Shown: in pieces, positions 38,823 through 48,130 of the stretch
Position numbering within the stretch: the stretch's first letter is position 1
How the letters are laid out: each line of letters begins with the position of its first letter
Source of the DNA: a virus
Direction: 5' to 3' (one strand)
Length of the DNA stretch: 64,000 nt
IMG/VR virus record: IMGVR_UViG_3300027704_003324
Coordinates: 64,001-128,000 of that record
The notes under the pieces: generated by a model
Databases searched by the model: none
Told to the model about the DNA's origin: nothing
Seen by the model: only the letters and a program-made list of their open reading frames with translations
Translations under genes and position numbers: made by a program

Positions 38823-39680
38823 TTATTGTCTTTTTATGCTACTTAGATCTATTAATTTATGAAAATTAATGCAATTAAGCAACATTTCTGTCTCTTCTTT
38901 ATATGGATGGTCTGGGTCATCTTTTTTATACCATGCTTTTAGTGGCCCATAATGTCTAAAAGTATCCCAACTATCTTCAATAGATATAATACCTTCCCCA
39001 GGTTTTGATTCCCATTGCCATTTATCACAGTCCCAAGGAGTTGATATAACAGGAAGATAGTCTACTTTATTTTTGTCAAGTAAGTGTCTAAGAAGTAATT
39101 GTTCAGCAAATATAAGGTACTTGGAATGTGGAGCTTTGAGAAGAGTAAGTTCTTCCATTAATTTAATACTTAAATTTGCATATTTCTGAGTAAATATAGG
39201 ATCTGGTAAATAAAGAAAGGATACGTTACATGATTCTGTTTGCCATCTTGCTCTATAAGATAATTTTCTTACGTATGGATCTAAGTTAGTAGGATAGTAT
39301 CCTCTACCGTTTTCGTAGTTAGCTACTAAAACTCTGCCTTCTTTAAAGTTATGTTTGAAGGGCTTAAATACTAAAGTATCTCCGTCCATTATAACACATG
39401 GTTCAGTTTGAAGTGCTAAAACTTGAAGTTTAGTTCCGGCCCAAAATACTTCTTTATTGAAATTATGTTCAAAGTCAATAGATATGACTTCATCCCATAG
39501 TGAAAGAACCTCTAGTTTATTAAGGAGTTCATACGTCATAGGGTCGACGTATATTACAGTATGATCTTCTGGATGGTTCCGTTTCCATAAAGAAACAGAG
39601 GCAAACATAACGAGTAAATTAAATTTACTATAAGCTTGAGTATCTCTTTTTAGATTCTCGTGTACCCAAATTATTTTCAA
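38823..39680 (-). CDS. Putative GT-A nucleotide-sugar transferase
   Basis: FWAGTKL, VIMDGD (DxD), NVSFL and IFAEQ; TTG start. Confidence 0.6.
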   Translation of the reverse strand: MKIIWVHENLKRDTQAYSKFNLLVMFASVSLWKRNHPEDHTVIYVDPMTYELLNKLEVLSLWDEVISIDFEHNFNKEVFWAGTKLQVLALQTEPCVIMDGDTLVFKPFKHNFKEGRVLVANYENGRGYYPTNLDPYVRKLSYRARWQTESCNVSFLYLPDPIFTQKYANLSIKLMEELTLLKAPHSKYLIFAEQLLLRHLLDKNKVDYLPVISTPWDCDKWQWESKPGEGIISIEDSWDTFRHYGPLKAWYKKDDPDHPYKEETEMLLNCINFHKLIDLSSIKRQ

Positions 39681-39700
39681 AACCTTTCATTTTTAAATTA

Positions 39701-40186
39701 TTATGTAGGATCAGAATGCGATGTGTCAAAGCACGCATAGAAATTAGTGACTCCTACATGAGTTGACGAAGTCAAGGTTATAGTACCAGTTGTAGTACCT
39801 GCTCCTGCTGTACTAAGTGCACTACCTGCTCCTCCTGCAGTATCTCTAAATGAGTGGAATACGTAGGGGTATGTTGCGGTTGCTGTAATAGTAATAGAAG
39901 CTAAAGATCCAAAGTTAACATTTTTGAGAGAATGTGCAGTAGTTTGAGCAGCTAAAGTATATCCTGAAGTAACAGAAATACTTCCTCCTGTTTCTGGTGT
40001 AACAGATCCGTATAAGAAATCATTCCCTCTAAGTTCTGATAAACTATGTGGTTGTGAATCGGCTGGCTCTAATGTGCTAAATATACCATTCATACTCAAA
40101 TTAGAGTTAGAAGAAAAATGATTATGCCAAGCATCTATTGTTGCCATTGAGACTGCTGCATTCGATGCGTATGAATATACTGCCAT
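39701..40186 (-). CDS. Small Ser/Thr/Gly-rich virion protein (fibre-associated)
   Basis: Beta-rich composition and PHSLSELRG; lies downstream of the fibre gene. Confidence 0.55.
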   Translation of the reverse strand: MAVYSYASNAAVSMATIDAWHNHFSSNSNLSMNGIFSTLEPADSQPHSLSELRGNDFLYGSVTPETGGSISVTSGYTLAAQTTAHSLKNVNFGSLASITITATATYPYVFHSFRDTAGGAGSALSTAGAGTTTGTITLTSSTHVGVTNFYACFDTSHSDPT

Positions 40187-40190
40187 GTTA

Positions 40191-40739
40191 TTACTTTTTA
40201 ATTATTTTATTAATAGGAAACATTTTACCTAACTCTACTTTTAAAGCTCCGTATGTAAATTCAAATAAATCACTAATTAATTCGTTATTTACTTTATTCT
40301 TAGTCTCCGTACTTTCACTTATTATTACTTTTTCGTTTTCAATTACATCTTTATATTTAGTAATTTCATCTCCATTATCGTCAAAGCTGATATAGGGTTT
40401 AGACTTTATTACTTCCCTATCTTCGTATTTTGGAATTGAAACTTCCTGTAATTCTGCAACTTTGATTCTGAATTGATTAGGAATATTGATTTCTTGTCCT
40501 TCATCGTCTTTATCTTTATAGTAAATAATTTTAGATCCTATAAGACCTTCAGCATTCTTTAAGTCGTCTTCCAGGTACTCCCTGTTAAACTCTTGTGCTC
40601 TCTTATAATCTAACCACGTTGTAGTAGTTATCAATACTTCAGATGTTACCTTATTGAAACGATAATTATCTATCCTAACATAAGCTTGCTCTGTAGGGCC
40701 ACTACTTGTTTCTAAATCTATATTTAATATAAAACCCAT
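40191..40739 (-). CDS. Hypothetical protein (possible fibre assembly protein)
   Basis: 182 aa ORF directly after the S74-containing fibre gene. Confidence 0.6.
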   Translation of the reverse strand: MGFILNIDLETSSGPTEQAYVRIDNYRFNKVTSEVLITTTTWLDYKRAQEFNREYLEDDLKNAEGLIGSKIIYYKDKDDEGQEINIPNQFRIKVAELQEVSIPKYEDREVIKSKPYISFDDNGDEITKYKDVIENEKVIISESTETKNKVNNELISDLFEFTYGALKVELGKMFPINKIIKK

Positions 40740-40747
40740 TCTATCCT

Positions 40748-43700
40748 TTATTTGTTTTCTAATTTTTCTACTTTAGCAGATAATTCTTTTACTGCTTCAA
40801 TTAATAAACCTGTAATTTGTGCATAGTTAACAGACTTCATACCTTCGTCGTCAGTTAATACTAATTCTGGAAGTATTGCTTCTAATTCTTGTGCTACAAC
40901 TCCAATTGATCTGCTGTTATCAGCTATCCTAGTAAATTCTACACCTCTAAGAGCTTTTGTTTTGTCTAATGCTCCATCGATCGTTACGATATCTTTTTTA
41001 AGTCTTTCATCAGAGTAAGCAGTAATGTCACTATCAGCTACTATTCTACCACTAACGTCTATACCTGAAGTATCTACTCTTAGTCTCTCAGTACCGTTTA
41101 CTACTGTTCTAGTCCAAGCATTGTTAGAAAACTGAATATAGTCGCCTGAATTTAATCCTACGTGCGTAAGACCGTCTCTTAAATCTGCTTCAATACTAAA
41201 TGCATTAGTGCCAGATAAATCAAGTCCTGCTCCAGCAGAATAAGTTGTGTTCGTATCTGTATTAGTTGTATAAGAAGGTAATCCAAATGTACCATCATGT
41301 TTTAAGAAATGTCCACTTGTTCCTGCGGTTGGTACATGTCCATTATTACCACTCCCAATTTTAGTTCTTATTTGGGCTGCAGTATTCTGAGTGTTTGTAT
41401 TTGTATTAGTTGTATAAGAAGGTATTCCAAATGTACCATCATGCTTTAAGAAGTGTCCTGCTGTTCCTATTGATGGTACAACTCCGCTGTTACCAGTCCC
41501 TACTTTAGTTCTTATTTGGGCTGCAGTATTCTGAGTGTTTGTATTTGTATTAGTTGTATAAGAAGGTAATCCAAAAGTACCGTCATGCTTTAAGAAATGA
41601 CCTGCTGTACCTGCAGTTGGTACGTGACCGTTATTACCACTTCCAATTTTAGTTCTTATTGCTGCTGCATCATTCTGAGTGTTAGTATCTGTTGATGTAA
41701 TAACACCTGTTGAACTATTGTATGATGAATTACCAGTTGCAGATATCTTGCCTCTAACTTGTGCTGTAGATAATTGAGTGTTAGTATCAGTATACGATGT
41801 TATGTATCCTGCACTATTTGCAATTTGACTGTTATCTGTTATAATATCATCTGTTAAAGCAAGTGTTCCGCTTGCATTTGGTAATTTGATTGATCTATCA
41901 GCAGTTGGGTTTATAGCAACTAAGGTAGTTTCATTAGCATCTGCTGTTGCTCCTTCAAATACTACTCCATTAGAAGTTTCGATTACAGATACGTTATTAG
42001 TAGTTGTAGTACCTGCTACAGTTAAGTTACCAGGAATTGTTACGGTATCTGTTGAATCACCAATTGATACTGCATTACTGCCAAATGAACTACCTAATCT
42101 TGTTTTAAGATTTGCAACTGAAACATCATCGTTTGTATCTGTATTGGTATCTGTTGAACTAATTGTTCCATCTGACGCTATTGATACGTTAGTACCTCCA
42201 GTAAATAAACCTATAACATAGTTATCAGACAATTGTGTGTTAGTATCTGTTGAAGTAATTACTCCTGTTGAATTATTGTATGATGAATTGCCGCTAGCTG
42301 ATATCTTGCCTCTAACTTGTGCTGTAGATAATTGAGTGTTAGTATCAGTATTGGTATCAACAGAATTAATTTTAATAGTATTAGCTGCGTCATCAAATAC
42401 TACAGTAGTGTTCGTTCCATTTATCCATTGTCCAGCTGCTAAGTCTCTAATTTCTTCATCAGAACGTTGAGTGTTAGTATCTGTGTTAGTATCAGTAGAA
42501 GATATTTCTCCATTAGTAATACTTACATTAGCTCCTGCTGTGAATTTACCTCTTACATCTGCTGTAGATAGTTGAGTGTTTGTATCGGTAGAGCTTATTG
42601 TTCCATCTGATCCTAGGGTTACATTAGTACCTCCAGAAAATAATCCTATAACATAGTTATCAGATAATTGAGTGTTTGTATTTGTTGAAGTAATAACACC
42701 TGTTGAACTATTGTATGATGAATTACCAGTTGCAGATATCTTGCCTCTAACTTGTGCTGTAGATAGTTGAGTGTTGGTATCAGTTTTAATGTACCCCATC
42801 GCTGCAATTTGTGCATCACTTAACTGTGTATTCGTATTGGTTACTGTATTAGTAATAACACCTGTTGAATTGTTATAAGATATTCCAGTTCCAGCTGATA
42901 CTTTACCTCTTACATCTGCTGTAGATAGCTGGGTGTTTGTATCAGTTTTAATATATCCAAATGCTGCAATCTGAGCATCACTTAGCTGGGTGTTGGTATT
43001 TGTAACTGTATTAGTAATTACCCCTGTCGAACTATTATAAGATATACCTGTACCAGCTGATACTTTCCCTCTTACATCTCCTGTAGATAGTTGAGTGTTT
43101 GTATCTGTAGACGTAATAACCCCTGTTGAAGAGTTATACTGAGCGTTACCAGTAGCTGATATTTTACTTCTAACTTCTGCAGTTGATAATTGAGTGTTAG
43201 TAAAAGATGTTATATATCCTGAACTGTTAGAAATTTGATTGTTATCAGTTATAATGTCACTTGTTAAAGCAAGTGTTCCGCTTGCATTTGGTAATTTGAT
43301 TGATCTATCAGCAGTTGGATTTTGTGCTATTAAAGTAGTTTCATTAGCATCTGCTGTTGTTCCTTCAAATACTACTCCATTAGAAGTTTCGATTACAGCT
43401 ACATTATTAGTAGTTGTTGTTCCTGCTATTGTTAAGTTACCAGGTATGCTAATAGTATCGTTTGCATCTCCAAATGTAGCACTACCTAATGATGCAGCTA
43501 AAGCTGATTTAACATTAGTTGTGTCTGTAACATCAGCCGAAGCTTCAATTGCATTTAATTTAGAATGGTCTGTATCTGTAAATACATTTGAGTCAGATGC
43601 CGCTTCAACTGCACTTCTTACTTGTGCATTATTTAGTTGTGTATTAGTATTCGTTACTGTATTAGTTATAGCTCCTGTTGTACTATTATAAGATATACCG

Positions 43701-45799
43701 GTACCTGCAGATAGTTTAGATCTTACTTGTGAATCACTTAATTGAGTGTTAGTATCTGTTGATGTAATAACACCGGTTGAACTATTATACTGTGAATTGC
43801 CACTAGCTGATATTTTTCCTCTTACATCTGCCGTTGATAACTGAGTGTTAGTGGTAGTATCGGTAGAACTTATTGTTCCGTCAGCAGCAATTTGTACGTT
43901 AGTTCCTGCTGTTAATGCACTTACTACGTTTACAGTATCTGTTACGTCTGCTGAAGCTTCTATTGCGTTTAATTTAGAATGATCTGCATCAGTGAATGTA
44001 TTTGAATCAGTTGCTGCTTCTACAGCTGCTTTGATTTCAGCATTTGTTTGATCTGCAGTAGCACTTGCTTCGATTGCATTTAATTTACTATGATCAGCAT
44101 TAGTAAAGTTGTTCTGTGACAACTCACCATCTTGAATTGAATATGTTGTATTATTATCAGTTTGAGTTAGTGCTCCTCCTGCGAAAGATAAACCTCCTGC
44201 AAGTGTAATTTCATCTCCATTGTCTATATCTGTTCCTGCTAAAGTAAATGAATAGTTATTAGCACTATCTTCAATTGCATTTAATTTACTGTGATCAGCA
44301 TTAGTAAAGCTATTTTGAGATAACTGTCCATCTTGTACTGAGTATGTTGTATTGGTATCAGTAGAAGATATTTCTCCTCCTGCTGAAATAGCTACGTTAG
44401 TTCCTGCTGTTAATGCACTTACTACATTGGCTGTGTCTGTTACATCAGCTGAAGCTTCTATTGCATTTAATTTAGAATGGTCAGCATTAGTAAAGTTGTT
44501 TTGTGACAACTCTCCATCTTGTATTGAATATGTTGTGTTAGTAAAGGATGTTATGTATCCTGCACCATTCGTAATTTGATTGTTGTTAGTTATAATGTCA
44601 CTTGTTAAAGCAATTGTACCACTTGCATTTGGTAAGTTAATTGATCTATCAGCAGTTGGGTCTATAGCAACTAAGGTAGTTTCATTAGCATCTGCCGTTG
44701 TTCCTTCAAATACAACTCCATTAGATGTCTCTATTACTGCTACATTGTTAGTAGTTGTAGTACCTGCTACTGTTATACTTCCTGGGAAAGTAATTGTATC
44801 TGATGAATCACCAAATGTAGCACTCCCTCCTAAAGAGGCATTTAAAGAGCTTTTTACATTAGCTGTGTCTGTTACATCAGCTGAAGCTTCAATTGCATTT
44901 AATTTAGAATGATCTGTATTTGTAAAGTTGTTTTGTGACAACTCACCATCTTGTACTGAATATGTTGTATTGGTGTCTGTTCCTGTTATTACCCCTGTTG
45001 TACTGTTGTACGATACAGCTCCTGCTCCACTTAATTTGGACCTTACTTGTGCTGTTGATAGTTGTGTGTTAGTAGTAGTATCGGTAGAACTTACTGTTCC
45101 GTCAGCAGCAATTTGTACATTAGTACCTGCTGTTAGAGCTCCAACTACGTTTGCAGTATCTGTTACGTCTGCTGAAGCTTCAATACCTGTTAGTTTATTA
45201 TTTAGTGCTGTTGTAAAGTTTTTCTGTGTTAATCCACCATCTCCAACAGTATATGTTGTATTTGTATCTGTGTAGTTACCTGCATGAATATTTGTTCCTC
45301 CTTGGTCTGCTGTCCAATCTATATGTTCGTTAGCTTCAAAGTTTAAAAGAGCATCGTGATTAATCTCTGCGTCTTCCGTTGTTAGTGCATCTCCTGTAAG
45401 AGCTAGTCCAGTTCCAGCAGTTAAGTTAGTATCGGATGAGATGTCGATACTATTTTTGACTGCCATTGAACCAAGTCCTAATGAAGTTCTAGCTGTTGCA
45501 CCAGATTCAAGTACAAAGTCGTTTCCGTTACCTATGATAAAAGCGCCATCTGTAGCAGTCAGTGCTGCTATAGTATCTAGTGTATTATCATGTGCTTGTA
45601 CGTCTGTACCAATCACCACCCCTAATTGATTTCTAGCTGCTGATGCAGATCCGGATATAATACCTGTAGGTGTGTTTAGGATGTTTGCATACTCTACTGA
45701 ATCGGCTGTTAAACCTGTAAAATTACCAATACCGTGAAAAGACCCGGAAAAGGAACCTGTTATGGATGCGTTGTTTGAAATTGGACTATCTATTCTCAT
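40748..45799 (-). CDS. Long repetitive tail fibre with C-terminal peptidase S74 intramolecular chaperone
   Basis: 1683 aa of Thr/Ser/Asn-rich repeats; TAYSDERLKKDI...GVVAQE...VNYAQITGLLIEAVKEL followed by a coiled coil. Confidence 0.9.
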   Translation of the reverse strand: MRIDSPISNNASITGSFSGSFHGIGNFTGLTADSVEYANILNTPTGIISGSASAARNQLGVVIGTDVQAHDNTLDTIAALTATDGAFIIGNGNDFVLESGATARTSLGLGSMAVKNSIDISSDTNLTAGTGLALTGDALTTEDAEINHDALLNFEANEHIDWTADQGGTNIHAGNYTDTNTTYTVGDGGLTQKNFTTALNNKLTGIEASADVTDTANVVGALTAGTNVQIAADGTVSSTDTTTNTQLSTAQVRSKLSGAGAVSYNSTTGVITGTDTNTTYSVQDGELSQNNFTNTDHSKLNAIEASADVTDTANVKSSLNASLGGSATFGDSSDTITFPGSITVAGTTTTNNVAVIETSNGVVFEGTTADANETTLVAIDPTADRSINLPNASGTIALTSDIITNNNQITNGAGYITSFTNTTYSIQDGELSQNNFTNADHSKLNAIEASADVTDTANVVSALTAGTNVAISAGGEISSTDTNTTYSVQDGQLSQNSFTNADHSKLNAIEDSANNYSFTLAGTDIDNGDEITLAGGLSFAGGALTQTDNNTTYSIQDGELSQNNFTNADHSKLNAIEASATADQTNAEIKAAVEAATDSNTFTDADHSKLNAIEASADVTDTVNVVSALTAGTNVQIAADGTISSTDTTTNTQLSTADVRGKISASGNSQYNSSTGVITSTDTNTQLSDSQVRSKLSAGTGISYNSTTGAITNTVTNTNTQLNNAQVRSAVEAASDSNVFTDTDHSKLNAIEASADVTDTTNVKSALAASLGSATFGDANDTISIPGNLTIAGTTTTNNVAVIETSNGVVFEGTTADANETTLIAQNPTADRSIKLPNASGTLALTSDIITDNNQISNSSGYITSFTNTQLSTAEVRSKISATGNAQYNSSTGVITSTDTNTQLSTGDVRGKVSAGTGISYNSSTGVITNTVTNTNTQLSDAQIAAFGYIKTDTNTQLSTADVRGKVSAGTGISYNNSTGVITNTVTNTNTQLSDAQIAAMGYIKTDTNTQLSTAQVRGKISATGNSSYNSSTGVITSTNTNTQLSDNYVIGLFSGGTNVTLGSDGTISSTDTNTQLSTADVRGKFTAGANVSITNGEISSTDTNTDTNTQRSDEEIRDLAAGQWINGTNTTVVFDDAANTIKINSVDTNTDTNTQLSTAQVRGKISASGNSSYNNSTGVITSTDTNTQLSDNYVIGLFTGGTNVSIASDGTISSTDTNTDTNDDVSVANLKTRLGSSFGSNAVSIGDSTDTVTIPGNLTVAGTTTTNNVSVIETSNGVVFEGATADANETTLVAINPTADRSIKLPNASGTLALTDDIITDNSQIANSAGYITSYTDTNTQLSTAQVRGKISATGNSSYNSSTGVITSTDTNTQNDAAAIRTKIGSGNNGHVPTAGTAGHFLKHDGTFGLPSYTTNTNTNTQNTAAQIRTKVGTGNSGVVPSIGTAGHFLKHDGTFGIPSYTTNTNTNTQNTAAQIRTKIGSGNNGHVPTAGTSGHFLKHDGTFGLPSYTTNTDTNTTYSAGAGLDLSGTNAFSIEADLRDGLTHVGLNSGDYIQFSNNAWTRTVVNGTERLRVDTSGIDVSGRIVADSDITAYSDERLKKDIVTIDGALDKTKALRGVEFTRIADNSRSIGVVAQELEAILPELVLTDDEGMKSVNYAQITGLLIEAVKELSAKVEKLENK
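41260..45200 (-). repeat. Nested intragenic repeats in the tail fibre
   Basis: 3x GHFLKHDGTFG[LI]PSYTT; 3x ~75 aa IETSNGVVFEG...LPNASGT module; many NTQLST-x-VRGK...YN-x-STGVIT units and DHSKLNAIEASA units; near-identical at DNA level. Confidence 0.9.
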
Positions 45800-45839
45800 C
45801 TGTTATTATTGTATGAAATTATTGTTATGTATAAATATG

Positions 45840-46406
45840 TTACTTTTTAACTACCACGGTACCATTTAGTGGAGAATTAAAAGTGATTACTACTCTATTA
45901 TTTGTTGTAGATTCTACGTCTTTTGGTATTACTTGTTTTTTATTAGTATCGTATACCTGTACTACAGGAAACTCTTCTGATAAGTTATGGTTTATTGTAT
46001 ATTGAGATGCACCAGAAATGGATTCTCTATGAGTGTATAATTCTGCAGAGCCAGAAACTATATGACCTCCTTTAGCTACTATTGCTCGTCCTGAGGTAGG
46101 ATAGTTAAATGTTACATCTACAGTGTTAAGGGTTGTTGTTGTGATTGTTGAAGGAATAATCACTTGATCGCTAGTATCGTATATTGATACTAAAACGTTT
46201 TTGCTATTAAAGTTGTGAGTTACGGTTTTAGATGTTACGTTAGTAAACGTATCTAGTTTTGTAGCAGTTTCTGCTATGTCCGCTGTTATACCGGTTAACT
46301 GTGACCCATTACCTACAAAGCTTGTAGCGGTCAAAGTATTATCTACATTAAGATTTGATAGGTTTGCAGACGAGCCGCTTACTATCAGTTTTTTCCAATT
46401 TGGCAT
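45840..46406 (-). CDS. Short fibre/adaptor protein of the WKK-x-x-VSGS family
   Basis: MPNWKKLIVSGS; two copies of an H-N-[FL]...V-x-[IV]-Y-D...V-x-[VI]-T-F domain. Confidence 0.7.
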   Translation of the reverse strand: MPNWKKLIVSGSSANLSNLNVDNTLTATSFVGNGSQLTGITADIAETATKLDTFTNVTSKTVTHNFNSKNVLVSIYDTSDQVIIPSTITTTTLNTVDVTFNYPTSGRAIVAKGGHIVSGSAELYTHRESISGASQYTINHNLSEEFPVVQVYDTNKKQVIPKDVESTTNNRVVITFNSPLNGTVVVKK

Positions 46407-46417
46407 TTTCTTACTTA

Positions 46418-46470
46418 CATTATGGTTGGTTACTCAAATGAGCCCACTTCCCTGTTAAAGGCCTATAATA
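46418..46470 (-). ncRNA. Candidate structured 5'-leader RNA (three-way junction)
   Basis: ATTATAGG/CCATAAT closing stem with CCT-TTAAC-AGG and GCTC-ATTT-GAGT arms; lies between the promoter and the ATG. Confidence 0.4.
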
Positions 46471-46477
46471 GCTTTAA

Positions 46478-46510
46478 TATAAATATACGGTAAATATGTT
46501 TACAATGCAA
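46478..46510 (-). promoter_or_regulatory. Overlapping host-type promoter and TATTTATA motif
   Basis: TTG-N20-TATATTTATA. Confidence 0.7.
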
Positions 46511-46513
46511 CTT

Positions 46514-46753
46514 TTATTGCTTAATAAGTGCAGAAAGTTTAGAGAAAATAATAAATGAAGTTTCTAGTTCGACTCCCTTGTAGTCTGCTTGACGCATTTT
46601 ACTAATAATGAATTGAACTTCCTCAGGAGAAAATATAGTAGGAGGGGCTTTCAGAGCCGATGTTTTAACAGCTTCTGCTTTTTCCTTTGCTTTTGTATTC
46701 TCTACCTTAGCTTCTTTTCCTGTTGTAATTTTACCTTTTGTAATTAATCCCAT
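46514..46753 (-). CDS. Small hypothetical protein (probable start is the ATG at 46753)
   Basis: MGLITKGK...; possibly a fibre chaperone. Confidence 0.55.
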   Translation of the reverse strand: MGLITKGKITTGKEAKVENTKAKEKAEAVKTSALKAPPTIFSPEEVQFIISKMRQADYKGVELETSFIIFSKLSALIKQ

Positions 46754-46772
46754 AACTGTTAATTTTAATTTT

Positions 46773-48026
46773 TTAAGCATATATAAATATATTGCCAGTA
46801 TCTACTTTAACATTACCGTTCTTTTGGTATTCTGATATGTCACTGTGTCCGGCATCTATATCTACTACTGCTGAAGCAAAGGCTTGAGGAGTTGCTGAGG
46901 TTGCTGTTGAGCTTAATGAATTATGAAAACCAAATCTTTCGGTAGCAGAATCGTATATGTATCCATGGCCATTGCCACTTCCTTCATCTATTACGATACC
47001 ACCGTCTGCTGTTCCTGCTGATCCAGAGTTTAAAAGAATAAACTTGTCTTCGATTAATAGGTTAGCTGTAGATATTGTAGTTGTATCTCCCTGTACAATT
47101 AAATCACCTGATATTGTTAAGTCTGCAAAGGTTGGAGATGCTGATGTTACTAGACTTTGGTTAATTGCTTTTACAGCTGCTAAGTTACTTACTTCTGAAT
47201 CCATTAATGCTCCTGCTGCGGTTACATTAGATGTATTAGCTGTTAATTTACTATTGTTAGTAGCTATGTTAGACTCCATTGAATCTAAGTTAACTGCTTG
47301 AGTTACTGTTATGCTTGATAACTTAGTACCTTGTGCATTTGAAATAGTTGTAGGTTTGTTTTGAATTGAATCAAAATCTACTTGAGTTGAACCAGATATT
47401 AGTGTTGGAATATCTGATATGGTTGAGTACGCTATTGATCCAGATATAATATGACCACCTTTAGCTACTACTATTCTACCTGATGTTGCTGTAGAAAAGG
47501 TTACTGTTACTCTATCGTTTAAGTTTGCTCTTACAGAAGCAGGTATAATTTGATACCCGTCTGCATCGTAAACTGTTGTATTAATGTTTGGAGAAGAGAA
47601 GTTATGTACTACCTCTACTGATGTTTGGTTAGTAAATGTACTAGCAAGTGTTGCTGCTTGATCTACTGTTATACCAGATAATTGAGAGCCATTACCTACG
47701 AAGGCTGCGGCTGTTACTGTTCCTGTACCGAATGTTACAGTATTATTTAGTAATGTTGCTTCAACTTGTGCTGAAGATGATATAAGAGTGGGTTTATTTG
47801 CTATATCTCCAAAGTCTGTAGATATATTTGCTATGTCTGTAGCTATAGATGCAGATACTGCATTAAATGATCCAGATATATCAGATGCAATTTCACCAGA
47901 GTTGTGTACTACTCCTGTGATGCCTGCTCCACCTCCACTAAATGATGCGGCTGATAAGCCGTTGTCTACTGTTAATGAATCTAATATAGCTTGTGAACCA
48001 CTAACAATTATTTTCTTCCAACCCAT
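46773..48026 (-). CDS. Fibre-like virion protein of the WKK-x-x-VSGS family
   Basis: MGWKKIIVSGS; shares the HNF domain with 45840..46406 and the DKFILLNSGS...IFIY C-terminal domain with 48131..49573. Confidence 0.75.
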   Translation of the reverse strand: MGWKKIIVSGSQAILDSLTVDNGLSAASFSGGGAGITGVVHNSGEIASDISGSFNAVSASIATDIANISTDFGDIANKPTLISSSAQVEATLLNNTVTFGTGTVTAAAFVGNGSQLSGITVDQAATLASTFTNQTSVEVVHNFSSPNINTTVYDADGYQIIPASVRANLNDRVTVTFSTATSGRIVVAKGGHIISGSIAYSTISDIPTLISGSTQVDFDSIQNKPTTISNAQGTKLSSITVTQAVNLDSMESNIATNNSKLTANTSNVTAAGALMDSEVSNLAAVKAINQSLVTSASPTFADLTISGDLIVQGDTTTISTANLLIEDKFILLNSGSAGTADGGIVIDEGSGNGHGYIYDSATERFGFHNSLSSTATSATPQAFASAVVDIDAGHSDISEYQKNGNVKVDTGNIFIYA

Positions 48027-48087
48027 GTCTTATTGTATTTTCTAATGATAATGTTAATCTTAACCTAATTTTTATAATATAATAGTA

Positions 48088-48114
48088 AGGGAGAGGTGGT
48101 TAAGTTCTCTCCCT
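48088..48114 (-). terminator. Intergenic hairpin (terminator or processing site)
   Basis: AGGGAGAG-N11-CTCTCCCT perfect 8-bp stem with an AT-rich tail. Confidence 0.55.
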
Positions 48115-48130
48115 CATTATTAATAATCTA

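Noticed and set aside
18371-39680. Island as a host LPS/capsule locus or a DNA hypermodification cluster
   Set aside because: No exporter, polymerase, flippase or priming transferase is present, and no nucleotide kinase, thymidylate-synthase-like or base-modification gene is recognisable. It is also far from the replication genes. This is less favoured but not formally excluded.
41260-45200. Near-identical repeats as a possible CRISPR array or DGR template/variable repeat pair
   Set aside because: The repeats are in-frame protein repeats without unique spacers. I saw no adenine-specific mismatch pattern, and there is no reverse transcriptase or cas gene in the window.
46418-46470. c-di-GMP-II riboswitch assignment based on UGGGC and AACC
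   Set aside because: It lacks the kink-turn and pseudoknot elements and is too short, so it is kept only as an unassigned structured leader.
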